Positions 55,203 to 64,000 of a DNA stretch of 64,000 nt are shown piece after piece; position 1 is the first letter of the stretch, and every line of letters begins with the position of its first letter. The stretch is from contig CP091723.1 of NCBI GenBank assembly GCA_022009775.1, positions 69,345 through 133,344 on the forward strand. Reading direction: 5' to 3'. A program made the position numbers and the translations under genes. A model generated the notes under the pieces. It was not told the origin of the DNA, searched no databases, and saw only the letters and a list, made by a program, of their open reading frames with translations. The DNA is from Christensenella sp. (lineage in GTDB: Bacteria; Bacillota; Clostridia; Christensenellales; CAG-917).

Positions 55203-56873
55203 TTATGCAAGTATTGACACCGAAAGCAAGCAGAATATCATAAGCGAGAGCGCGTCTACTATAGTCGTGATGAACGGAGACGCCACAACTGCAGGATCGA
55301 GCTTCACCGCTTTTGCGATAATAGGCAGCGAACAACCTATGAATTTTGCAATCACGACGGTGATAAACATGCTCATTGACACGACGGCGCAACGCACGAG
55401 CGTGTAGTCTGCGTATCCGAAAAGCAAGTTGTCGATGAGTTGCAACTTGGCAAAACACGCAATCGCAAGACAAAGCGCAAGAAGAATCGCGGCTCGCATC
55501 TCCTTCCAAAGCACTTTGAAAATGTCTTTGGTCTTCACTTCGTTGAGCGCAAGAGCGCGGATTACCGTGACCGACGCTTGCGAACCTGCGTTGCCGCCCG
55601 TATCCATAAGCATAGGCACACACGCTATAAGCACGGTGCTGATTGCGTTGAGTCTTGCTTCGAATTTGTTGATGATAAGCCCCGTAAACGTTGCGCTGAC
55701 CATAAGAATCAAAAGCCACGGTATGCGGTTTTTGAAAATCGTCCACACGCTCGTTTTGAGATATGGCTTGTCGGACGGGCGCGTTGCGGCGATCTTGGAG
55801 ATGTCTTCCGTCGTTTCGTCAACCATGACGTCGATTGCGTCGTCAATGGTGACTATGCCAACAAGTCTCATTTCGTCGTCAACGACGGGCAACGCAAGGA
55901 AACCGTATTCGCGAAGTCTGCGTGCGGTGTCTTCTCTGTCGTCAAGCGTGTGAGCGTAAATGACGTTTTCGTGCATTATATCCCCGATTTGCGCATTTGC
56001 GTCGGCAAGGAGCAATTCTCTCACCGTCGTAACGCCGATAAGGTGCTTGGTTTCGTCGGTGACGTAGCAGGTGTACACCGTTTCTTTATCGATTGCGCAC
56101 GCGCGTATGCGCTCGAAGGCTTGTTTGACGGTCATCGTTTTAGACAGCGAAACGAGTTCCACCGTCATTATGCTTCCGGTGCTGTTTTGCGGATATTTGA
56201 GAAGTTCGTTGATGTAGTTTCTCGTCTCGGCATCGCTTTGCGCAAGGAGTCTTTTTACGACGGAAGCCGGCATCTCTTCGATAAGGTCGACTGCATCGTC
56301 TATGAAAATCTCGTCGATGACGGATTTCAATTCTTTATCAGACAGATTGCGTATGAGTTCCTGCTGAACGTCGCTTGCGAGTTCCACGAAAACTTCCGCT
56401 GCCGCGTCTTTTGTCAATAGTCTGAAGGTAAGCACGCGTTCCTGCTCGTCTAGTTCTTCAAAAACCGCCGCAATGTCTATTGCGTTGATGTTTGAAAGAA
56501 GTTCTTTAAGGCTTTTATAGCGTTTCTTTTCAAGCAGATTTTTGATTTCATCCACTTCCACGACCTTGCTCGCCACGGGCGCGGGCAAATTGTCGATGAT
56601 GCCTATCGTGTCGTCAACCGAGATTTCGTCCATGACGGACTGCAATTTCTTTTGATTGAGTCTTGTTACGACGAGATTTTGCGTGTCCTTGTCAAATTCG
56701 GGCAAAAATTCGCCCAACTTTTCATCGTCGAAAAGAGAAAGAACCTGCACGAGATCTTCTTCGTCGAATTGCGAAAAAAGCGTAGCCGCTTCGTTTACGT
56801 CCATATCGGACGCAATACGAACTATCTCGGCGTAATCGCGAGATAGAAGCAAAGATTTGATTTTGTTTTCCAT
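55203..56873 (-). CDS. mgtE: magnesium transporter MgtE
   Basis: MgtE N-domain, tandem CBS, C-terminal 5-TM with the DTGGNAGSQ motif. Confidence 0.9.
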   Translation of the reverse strand: MENKIKSLLLSRDYAEIVRIASDMDVNEAATLFSQFDEEDLVQVLSLFDDEKLGEFLPEFDKDTQNLVVTRLNQKKLQSVMDEISVDDTIGIIDNLPAPVASKVVEVDEIKNLLEKKRYKSLKELLSNINAIDIAAVFEELDEQERVLTFRLLTKDAAAEVFVELASDVQQELIRNLSDKELKSVIDEIFIDDAVDLIEEMPASVVKRLLAQSDAETRNYINELLKYPQNSTGSIMTVELVSLSKTMTVKQAFERIRACAIDKETVYTCYVTDETKHLIGVTTVRELLLADANAQIGDIMHENVIYAHTLDDREDTARRLREYGFLALPVVDDEMRLVGIVTIDDAIDVMVDETTEDISKIAATRPSDKPYLKTSVWTIFKNRIPWLLILMVSATFTGLIINKFEARLNAISTVLIACVPMLMDTGGNAGSQASVTVIRALALNEVKTKDIFKVLWKEMRAAILLALCLAIACFAKLQLIDNLLFGYADYTLVRCAVVSMSMFITVVIAKFIGCSLPIIAKAVKLDPAVVASPFITTIVDALSLMIFCLLSVSILA

Positions 56874-57013
56874 GACGAATTTAAGTCAAAGACGAACGAA
56901 AAATCGAGAAAAGTCAAAAAGCGGCACAAGCCGATTTGCAACTTCGCCCGACGCTGTCGTTCTCACTTGGGTGATATTCCATGACTTGTACCTCCTTGAT
57001 TTAATGCTCCTTG

Positions 57014-57042
57014 ATTATGGTATTTTGAAGAACGTTTGTCAA
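57014..57042 (-). promoter_or_regulatory. sigma-A-type promoter upstream of mgtE leader
   Basis: On the minus strand: TTGACA (57042-57037), 17 nt, CATAAT (57019-57014). Confidence 0.5.
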
Positions 57043-57282
57043 CCGATTTTACAATTTGGATATTATATTTAATTTTCAGCGAAAAGTGCCATTGACGCAT
57101 AAGAAAAACGACCGAAAATTCGGCCGTTTCGTCTTTTGTGTTTCAAATTGTTATCTTTTGTGTTTAAATCTGTCTTTAGTGCATTTACGCTTCGTCGTTT
57201 ATACGCTCGAACGTCTTTTGTATTTTTTAAATTTATCTTTCGTATATCGCCGTTTTCGTCTTTTGCGATGAAGAAATAAAAC

Positions 57283-57765
57283 TTATTTGTCTTCCTTTTT
57301 TGTCATCCCTTCTTTGAGTTTGACGAGACTTTCGATTTCGTCAAGCAAAGTGTTGATGTCTTTGAACTGACGGTGCACCGACGCGTATCTGACGTACGCC
57401 ACTTCGTCGATGTTTTTGAGACCTTCCATAACCATATCGCCGAGCGCGGTTGAGGAAATCTCCTGATCGAGCGAATTGAGCACCTTGCGCTGAATGTCTC
57501 CGACAAGTCTGTCGATAGACGACATGGAAATAGGACGTTTCTCGCACGCTTTCATTATGCCGATTTTGATTTTGTTAAGATCAAACGCCTGACGGGATCC
57601 GTCCTTTTTGACGACCATAATCGGCGTGCTTTCAACGGTTTCGTAAGTCGTGAAACGCTTTCCGCAAACGACGCATTCTCTGCGACGACGAATTGACGTG
57701 CCGTCTTCGTTCTGTCTCGAATCCACAACCTTACTGTCCATACTACCGCAATATATACATTTCAT
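57283..57765 (-). CDS. nrdR: transcriptional repressor NrdR
   Basis: MKCIYCG...CVVCGKRFTTYE zinc ribbon plus ATP-cone. Confidence 0.9.
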   Translation of the reverse strand: MKCIYCGSMDSKVVDSRQNEDGTSIRRRRECVVCGKRFTTYETVESTPIMVVKKDGSRQAFDLNKIKIGIMKACEKRPISMSSIDRLVGDIQRKVLNSLDQEISSTALGDMVMEGLKNIDEVAYVRYASVHRQFKDINTLLDEIESLVKLKEGMTKKEDK

Positions 57766-57928
57766 ACCCCTGTACCTCGACAATTTATGGCAGTATTATA
57801 CAATATATTGCACGTTTTGTAAACGTTTTATTTGAAAAAATACAATATTTAGTGTGCAAAACGCCACTTGAAGCACAATCCGGGAAAACTTTGCGCATAT
57901 TTTGCAAAGTCGTGAATATAGTCGTATT

Positions 57929-58237
57929 ATGAACGCAAGACAGTATTCTTTCATCGAATTGTCAAAAAAAACCGTCGTCAACGTCGCTGACGGAAAGGAA
58001 CTCGGCAATGCATGCGATTTGATTTTCAACGGTTGCGGAACGATAGGCGGTATCGTCGTGCCGGGAAAGAAGAGTTTCTTGAAAAGCCTGACGAGTTCCG
58101 ACAGTATATATATCCCCTGGAACAGAATCATAAAAATCGGACAAGACGCAATACTCGTAGAGATAGTTTCGGGCGGCGTGTTATCCCTAAAAGCCGAAGA
58201 ATCGCAAAACGACGAGCCGTATTCACCCGGGCAATGA
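57929..58237 (+). CDS. ylmC: YlmC/YmxH-family (PRC-barrel) sporulation protein
   Basis: SELSKKTVVNVADGKELG...IPWNRIIKIGQDAILV pattern. Confidence 0.75.
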   Translation: MNARQYSFIELSKKTVVNVADGKELGNACDLIFNGCGTIGGIVVPGKKSFLKSLTSSDSIYIPWNRIIKIGQDAILVEIVSGGVLSLKAEESQNDEPYSPGQ

Positions 58238-58356
58238 TACGAAAAAAATGCACCGTCTGGCGCACTACGTTTGAAAAAATATGTATAACACCTTGCAGAG
58301 CAAGGTGATTATTTTATATCAAATGATATAATAATATATTTCTGGTCTTCGGTTTT

Positions 58357-59127
58357 TTACACCATGCACTCTCTGATTTTTTCGAGAGCGGATTTTTCAA
58401 GGCGAGAAACTTGCGCTTGCGATATTCCGACGATTTTGCTTATTTCCACCTGCGTTTTGCCGTCGAAATATCTGAGTTTCACTACTTGAAGTTCTCTCTC
58501 GGGAACGTGTTTCAACGCTTCGTACAACGCGATTTTCTCCGTCCAGTTTTCGGAATTTTCCTTTTTGTCTGCAAGTTGGTCTATAAGTTCTACGCTCTCT
58601 TCTCCGTCGCTGAAAACAGGCTCGTAAAAAGAAACGGGTTCGCTCACCGCATCGAGCGCGCACGCCACTTCGCCGAGCGGAACGTCTATTTCGCTTGCAA
58701 TCTCAATCATACTCGGGTCGTTTGCGTTAAGTTTTGAGAGTTCTTCTCTTGCTTTCAACGCGCGATAAGCAACATCACGCATGCTTCTTGACACTTTTAT
58801 CGTCGTCCTGTCTCGGATTGCACGTCTCATCTCTCCGATTATCATCGGCACGGCGTACGTCGAAAACCTGACGCCGAGATTTACGTCGAAATTTTGAAGT
58901 GACTTCAAAAGCCCAACCATTCCGACCTGAAACAAATCGTCGGCACTCTCTTGCGATTTTGAAAATCTTCCTACACACGACAGAACGAGACGCATGTTGG
59001 CTCTAAGAAACAAATCCTTTGCGCTTTCGTCTCCGTCTTTGATTTTCAATATGAGTTCATCGCACTCTTTCGAGTTTATCTTCGGTAGCGTTGCGGTGTC
59101 GAGACCGCATATTTCAACTTTGCCCAT
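58357..59127 (-). CDS. sigG: sporulation sigma factor SigG
   Basis: Sigma-70 regions 2-4. Follows sigE. GGAGA SD at the internal Met. Confidence 0.9.
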   Translation of the reverse strand: MGKVEICGLDTATLPKINSKECDELILKIKDGDESAKDLFLRANMRLVLSCVGRFSKSQESADDLFQVGMVGLLKSLQNFDVNLGVRFSTYAVPMIIGEMRRAIRDRTTIKVSRSMRDVAYRALKAREELSKLNANDPSMIEIASEIDVPLGEVACALDAVSEPVSFYEPVFSDGEESVELIDQLADKKENSENWTEKIALYEALKHVPERELQVVKLRYFDGKTQVEISKIVGISQAQVSRLEKSALEKIRECMV

Positions 59128-59245
59128 ACAACTTCTCCTTTTCGCGAAAATTGCGAGAGTATGTACAGGCAATATTTAATTATAAATATTGAGTTTTCGA
59201 TTTTATATTTTATATCATTTGATATAAAAAGAGATTTACAGGTTT

Positions 59246-59959
59246 TCATCCGAATTTGAGCATATCTCGTTTCAGGTTTTCGACAATCTTCTTTTCAAGT
59301 CTCGAAATATAAGATTGCGATATTCCCATCATGTCGGCAATTTCCTTTTGCGTCATCTCTTCCTTGCCGTAAAGCCCGAAACGCAGTTCGAGAATCTGTC
59401 TTTCTCTTTCCGGGAGTTTGTCAAACGTATCTTTGAGAATTTTTCTCTCGTCCGACGCTTCGACTTTGTCGTACACGGCATCGGGGTCTGTTCCCAAAAC
59501 GTCGCTTAGAAGAAGCGTATTCCCTTCAAAATCCACGTTGAGCGGCTCGTCAAGAGACACTTCCGAGCGGGTTTTGCCCGTTTTTCTCAAATGCATGAGT
59601 ATTTCGTTTTCAATGCAACGAGAAGCGAACGTGGCAAGCTTTATGTTCTTGTCCGGGTTGTAACTTCCGACCGCCTTGATAAGTCCTATCGTGCCGATTG
59701 ACACCAAATCGTCCATATCTACACCGGTGTTGTCGAAACGCTTTGCTATGTACACGACAAGCCGCAAATTGTGCTCGATGAGTTGAAGCCGCGCTTCTTC
59801 GTCGCCTGCAAGAAACTTCTTAACCGTTGCGGTTTCTTCTTCGGGAGTGAACGGTGACGGCAGACTTCCCGTCTGGGATATGTAGTCGACTTCGCTCTGA
59901 GATTTGATTCCGAGCAACACGAGCAAACGCTCAAACAGTTCTCTCAATTTTCCTTTCAT
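59246..59959 (-). CDS. sigE: sporulation sigma factor SigE (pro-sigma E)
   Basis: N-terminal pro-sequence followed by ...IEHNLRLVVYIAKRF...ASRCIENEILMHLR. Lies downstream of spoIIGA. Confidence 0.9.
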   Translation of the reverse strand: MKGKLRELFERLLVLLGIKSQSEVDYISQTGSLPSPFTPEEETATVKKFLAGDEEARLQLIEHNLRLVVYIAKRFDNTGVDMDDLVSIGTIGLIKAVGSYNPDKNIKLATFASRCIENEILMHLRKTGKTRSEVSLDEPLNVDFEGNTLLLSDVLGTDPDAVYDKVEASDERKILKDTFDKLPERERQILELRFGLYGKEEMTQKEIADMMGISQSYISRLEKKIVENLKRDMLKFG

Positions 59960-60041
59960 ATATAATCTCCAAAATTTTCCTTTTTATGTATCGACCGTAA
60001 ATTTTTGATGAATGGCGGTCGGATTTTGTCAAAACATCGGT

Positions 60042-60905
60042 TTAGAACATCGAATTTTGCAAAATTAAGTCGCAATTTTCAAACTCTTTTCTCGACAGCG
60101 CGCCCATGCACGACATCTTCTTTCCGTCAACTTCGAAGTTGCTTAAAAGAGTTATCGGCATATCGCACTCGCCGCTCACGGTCGTGACGTGCAAAAAGCC
60201 TTCTATGTCTGTTTTGCCAAGTTCTTTTTCCGCTTTTGCCGACAAAATGACCACTGGAAGACCGCTCACACCGTCAACAAGCGTGTTGCCGCTGTCGCAC
60301 AAGCCCGTAAGCGCGATTTTGCGCCCGTCAACGCTTATATTCGCAATCGTGAGCGTGGAAGCGTCCGACGAGCGTTTTTTGCGCAATACACGCGCGCATA
60401 TAAGCGTTATTGCGATTGCGCACGCAACAAGTCCGAACGCCGCATAAGATTTCACGTCAACTCCGCACAAATATGACAGTCCGAACGTAATTCCGCCGAC
60501 GGCGTAAGTCGCAATCACGAATACGACAAGAGATTTGACGTATTCCTTAACACCGAGTATCTTCAAGTTTAGATTTGCACTACGCCCTTTTGCCGAAAAC
60601 GAGTTGTCCACATCGTTTTCACACTTCACTTCGTTTATATTCTTTCGGAAATTTGTGCATTTTTTCTTTGATAGCGAGTAAGTATCGAAAATCGCCGTCA
60701 TAATCGGAGCAAGACAAACCTTTATCGCAATTTGTATTCCTTGCGAAGCAATCGGATAAAACGTGGCGATAGCCGCACCTATAATCACTGCAACTAGCGT
60801 GCGGATTTTACAGACTTTCCGTCGTCTCAAAATCTGAGTCGCAACTATCAACAAAAAATCTATTGCGAGATTGTTGAAAATGACAAGTTCCACGTATACA
60901 CTCAT
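60042..60905 (-). CDS. spoIIGA: sigma-E processing peptidase SpoIIGA
   Basis: 5 TM plus a C-terminal aspartic protease-like domain (GLCDSGNTLVD). The start is 60905 or 60941. Confidence 0.8.
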   Translation of the reverse strand: MSVYVELVIFNNLAIDFLLIVATQILRRRKVCKIRTLVAVIIGAAIATFYPIASQGIQIAIKVCLAPIMTAIFDTYSLSKKKCTNFRKNINEVKCENDVDNSFSAKGRSANLNLKILGVKEYVKSLVVFVIATYAVGGITFGLSYLCGVDVKSYAAFGLVACAIAITLICARVLRKKRSSDASTLTIANISVDGRKIALTGLCDSGNTLVDGVSGLPVVILSAKAEKELGKTDIEGFLHVTTVSGECDMPITLLSNFEVDGKKMSCMGALSRKEFENCDLILQNSMF

Positions 60906-60974
60906 ATCATGCCCTTTTACGGAAATGATAACACCGCACACTCGAAAAAATTTTCTTTTTTGTCGCTCTAAACG

Positions 60975-61008
60975 TAAAAAAATCCCCGCGAAATTGCGGG
61001 GATTTTTG
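60975..61008 (-). terminator. intrinsic terminator after ftsZ
   Basis: AATCCCCGC-GAAATT-GCGGGGATT with a T-run on the minus strand. Confidence 0.7.
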
Positions 61009-61095
61009 AATCTTACATTGTCGTTATTTCGTTCTCACTTAAACGATTAAAAAGAATTTCAACCGTTTAGATAACCGAAAACTTCAATTTTTCAA

Positions 61096-62535
61096 TCAGT
61101 CTCTATCCTTTTTGAGTCTTCTCAAAAAAGCGGGAACTTGTCTTGACGGCACTTCAACTCTGGAAGATTGAACGCTTTCTTGTTGCACGGGTTGAGCAAT
61201 CGGTTGAACGGGTTGAACCGGCTGAACCGGTGCGGGTTGCACGACGGGTTGTGCAGATTCGACCGGTGCTTGTCTCATTTGATTGAAAATGGGACGATTT
61301 GCAAAGATGTCTTCTTTGTAAACTGGTGCTTCGGCGGGTTCTTCGACTTCTTCAACGCTTGCAGCCGCTTGTTCTTGTGCCGCTTGCGCAAACGTGGAAG
61401 ACAAGGAGCGTGCCGGTTGCGGAGCACTGCTTCTTGCAGGAACTTCGTTTCTGTCCACAAATCCGGTTGCGATGATTGTGATTTCGATGTCTTTCTTGTC
61501 GGGCACGAACGCCGTGCCGAGAATGATGTTTGCGCTCGGGTCAACGACTTGTTTGACGATGTCGCACGCTTCGGTGACTTCGCCGAGAAGCATATCTTCA
61601 CCGCCTGTGATGTTGACGATTATGCCGGTTGCGCCTTCGATGTCTGTTTCGAGAAGCGGACTGAACACTGCGCCACGCACTGCTTCGATAACTCTCTTTT
61701 CACCTTTGCCGTAGCCGATACCCATGTGAGCGAGACCTTTGTTGGAAAGAATGGTGCGAACGTCCGCAAAGTCAAGGTTGATAAGTTCGGGGTTTGCGAT
61801 GACGTCGCTCACGCCTTGTACACCCTGACGGAGAACGTCGTCGGCAATTTCAAACGCGCGCTTGAAGGAAATGTTCTTGTCAAGAACTTCGATGAGTTTC
61901 TGGTTGGGGATAACGAGAAGCGTATCAACGAAGTTTTTGAGATTCTTGATGCCTTCTTCCGCGTTCTTCATGCGTTGTGCGCCTTCGAAGTTGAACGGTT
62001 TCGTGACGACTGCAACGGTGAGAATGCCCATAGATTTTGCGATTTCCGCAATGACCGGAGCAGCCCCCGTACCCGTTCCGCCACCCATACCTGCGGTGAT
62101 GAAAAGAAGGTCGATGTCTTTGAGAGCCGCTTTGATGCGTTCGCGAGATTCTTCGGCTGCCTTTCTGCCGACTTCGGGGTCTGAACCTGCGCCGAGACCG
62201 CCGGTCATGTTTGCACCGAGTTGAATCTTGCAATGCGGTGCGACGAGAGACATATTGAGCGCTTGCATATCCGTGTTCATGACGACAAAACTTGCGCTCT
62301 TGACGCCTGCGCGAATCATGTTGTTGACGGCGTTGTTTCCGCCACCGCCCACGCCTACGACGACGATGTTTGCCTTGCCCGGTTTCTTTTGGGAAACGGG
62401 TTGATATTCTTCGTGCTCTTCTTCAACCGCGGGGACTTCTTCTTCCGCTACGGTTTCTTCTTCCTGCACCTGTTCGTCGACTTCGTTTTGAGACTCGTCA
62501 CTCGGAGTCCAGCCGAATTTTTCAAAATCTATCAT
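61096..62535 (-). CDS. ftsZ: cell division GTPase FtsZ (with N-terminal acidic extension and Gln/Pro-rich linker)
   Basis: GVGGGGNNAV and GGTGTGAAPV tubulin motifs. C-terminal peptide VPAFLRR. Confidence 0.95.
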   Translation of the reverse strand: MIDFEKFGWTPSDESQNEVDEQVQEEETVAEEEVPAVEEEHEEYQPVSQKKPGKANIVVVGVGGGGNNAVNNMIRAGVKSASFVVMNTDMQALNMSLVAPHCKIQLGANMTGGLGAGSDPEVGRKAAEESRERIKAALKDIDLLFITAGMGGGTGTGAAPVIAEIAKSMGILTVAVVTKPFNFEGAQRMKNAEEGIKNLKNFVDTLLVIPNQKLIEVLDKNISFKRAFEIADDVLRQGVQGVSDVIANPELINLDFADVRTILSNKGLAHMGIGYGKGEKRVIEAVRGAVFSPLLETDIEGATGIIVNITGGEDMLLGEVTEACDIVKQVVDPSANIILGTAFVPDKKDIEITIIATGFVDRNEVPARSSAPQPARSLSSTFAQAAQEQAAASVEEVEEPAEAPVYKEDIFANRPIFNQMRQAPVESAQPVVQPAPVQPVQPVQPIAQPVQQESVQSSRVEVPSRQVPAFLRRLKKDRD

Positions 62536-63701
62536 TTTTTACCTCCGTTGAATAGCTTTTTTATAAACGCTCCGAAATCGAATCTCGAGAGATTGTCCGC
62601 CATAACCAGCAAAGATGCTTTGGAGCAGTCTTCGGGTTTTGCAAATCCCGGGAGTTTCGGAGTGATGATTTCAATGTTTTTGCCGAGTTGTTCGCTCAGA
62701 TATTTGGTTGCGCCGCGCATAGTCGCGATGCCTTCGCCCGTGATGTAGACGGGCATATACGACGGAGCGTCGTCTTCGATGTCTTTGAAAATGCCCGCAA
62801 GCACTTCAACGAACACGTCAAGTCTGCTCTTTGCGATTTCGCATGCGTCTAATGCATGTACAACGTTTTCACCGTCGCTGACGAGCACTGCTTCGTCGCT
62901 GTAATTGAGATTGAGATCCACAAGGCGTTTTGCTTCTTCCGCCATATCGAACGGCACTTCGAGCGCTTCGAAAATGTCCGCACAGATATGCGCGCCGCCC
63001 ATGGAGAAGGATTTCATATCCAAAATGCCTTCGCCTTTCGCTATGCAAACCGAAGACGAGAGATAGCCTGCGTCGATGAGCATATAAACGTTGTCGCGTT
63101 GTTCTTTTTCAAGAAGAGCCATGCACTCTGCCCAACAAGTCGCAACGTACTTCACGTCGGTGAATCCTAGCGAACTTGCGACTGCGTCAAACATATCGAC
63201 GAAAGACTTTTCACAAAGCATATACGACACGCAAGCGTCGACTTTCTGCGCTTCCATATCGCGCACGTCGTTGTAGATTTTGTCTTCGTCGTCAAGCGAA
63301 TAATATATCGCACTCGTGTTGATGGTCAGATATTTGTTTGAATCGAAATCGTCGCCCTTTTTGAGAAGATACGCAATATCGTCGTCGATGACTCTGCGCC
63401 TTCTGTCAAGGCGGATACTCACTTCTTTCGTGACGACCGCAACGAACTCCGCCGGCACTCCGATAAACAGTTTCTTCGTGCGGGAATCCGATTCCTTCAT
63501 TGACTCTATAAGCACGGATTTTGCAAGTTCGACGGTTTCTTTTTCGTCAAACCATTCTCCGTTTTCATACCCTTGATGTTGCTTTTCCGCCATTGCCTTA
63601 ATGCCGAAAACGCTCTGCGCCCTTTTCGCTCCCACGATAGCGGTCACGAGACGAGAGTTTACGTCAAGCACGGCAATGTCCTTGGTGAACAGCGACCCCA
63701 T
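62532..63701 (-). CDS. ftsA: cell division protein FtsA-like (actin fold)
   Basis: 389 aa directly upstream of and overlapping ftsZ. Actin-like phosphate motifs (DVNSR..., IDAGY...). Confidence 0.8.
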   Translation of the reverse strand: MGSLFTKDIAVLDVNSRLVTAIVGAKRAQSVFGIKAMAEKQHQGYENGEWFDEKETVELAKSVLIESMKESDSRTKKLFIGVPAEFVAVVTKEVSIRLDRRRRVIDDDIAYLLKKGDDFDSNKYLTINTSAIYYSLDDEDKIYNDVRDMEAQKVDACVSYMLCEKSFVDMFDAVASSLGFTDVKYVATCWAECMALLEKEQRDNVYMLIDAGYLSSSVCIAKGEGILDMKSFSMGGAHICADIFEALEVPFDMAEEAKRLVDLNLNYSDEAVLVSDGENVVHALDACEIAKSRLDVFVEVLAGIFKDIEDDAPSYMPVYITGEGIATMRGATKYLSEQLGKNIEIITPKLPGFAKPEDCSKASLLVMADNLSRFDFGAFIKKLFNGGKK

Positions 63702-63854
63702 TTCTTTCTCTCCGAAAAAACGCGCACTCGCGCGTATTATTTATAATATTATTATATAGAAAAATAAAAGCCTGTCAATGCTTTTTCAGCGAAAAATTTG
63801 CAAAAACTACGATTTTTTGTAACAAAGCGGATTTTAACGTCGAAAAAAGGCACA

Positions 63855-64000
63855 TTATCGCACCGTTTTGCGTATGACGTTGCCGCCGAGCGAGCAAAAC
63901 ATATCTTCGACACTCTCGTATCCGCGGTCTATAAACTCCGTGCCGTACACCCTGCTTTTTCCGTTTATTCCGAGCGCGGCAAGAATAAGCCCCGCCCCGC
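63855..64000 (-). CDS. murA: UDP-N-acetylglucosamine 1-carboxyvinyltransferase, C-terminal end (runs off window)
   Basis: The minus-frame translation GAGLILAALGINGKSRVYGTEFIDRGYESVEDMFCSLGGNVIRK* matches the MurA C-terminus (…IDRGYE…LGA.I.R). Confidence 0.7.
   Translation of the reverse strand, partial: GAGLILAALGINGKSRVYGTEFIDRGYESVEDMFCSLGGNVIRKTVR

Noticed and set aside
56874-57010. M-box (ykoK) Mg2+ riboswitch upstream of mgtE.
   Set aside because: I could not find the conserved M-box segments by eye in the ~130-nt leader, which is also shorter than a typical M-box. A covariance-model search is needed before excluding it.

Overview
This 64-kb window looks like chromosomal DNA from an endospore-forming Firmicute with Clostridia-like gene order. 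It is about 85% coding, mostly on the minus strand.

Conserved blocks:
- infB'(partial)-ylxQ-ylxR-nusA-rimP
- ispG-rseP-dxr-cdsA-uppS-frr-pyrH-tsf-rpsB
- DUF1292-ruvX
- an ABC transporter with a TetR regulator, then rarA
- yunB and spoVAC-AD-AE
- spoIIAA-spoIIAB-sigF
- a 6-tRNA operon (Pro, Ile2/Met-CAU, Asp, Phe, Thr, Tyr)
- a decayed GNAT gene, a tyrosine recombinase and a PadR/coiled-coil membrane protein
- a hypA-like gene co-transcribed with a large Fe-S flavoprotein
- tRNA-Trp and rnhA
- an ispH-S1 fusion, cmk-plsC, surE, rluB, dacB, ytfJ/ytfI, scpAB and a second DD-carboxypeptidase
- spoIIM, an orphan Spo0A C-domain protein, spoIVB, sigK, mgtE, nrdR and ylmC
- sigG-sigE-spoIIGA-ftsZ-ftsA and murA'(partial)

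Main findings:
1. Three intergenic elements of about 0.4-0.5 kb (about 29600-29995, 35365-35820, 52261-52585) share conserved blocks. Their differences are compensatory within predicted helices, so this is a candidate large structured-RNA family that I cannot assign to a known class.
2. A hairpin-dense non-coding region next to the tRNA operon is bounded by two 69-70-nt direct repeats.
3. The ancestral polC position holds only a PolC N-terminal/OB-like gene plus a separate DEDDh exonuclease gene.
4. A receiver-less Spo0A DNA-binding-domain protein lies beside spoIVB.
5. At least 14 single-base frameshifts affect 11 otherwise conserved genes, and nearly all sit in homopolymer runs. This points to assembly error, or less likely real decay, and it limits every call that depends on a start, stop or fusion.

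No rRNA genes, CRISPR arrays or intact transposases were seen.
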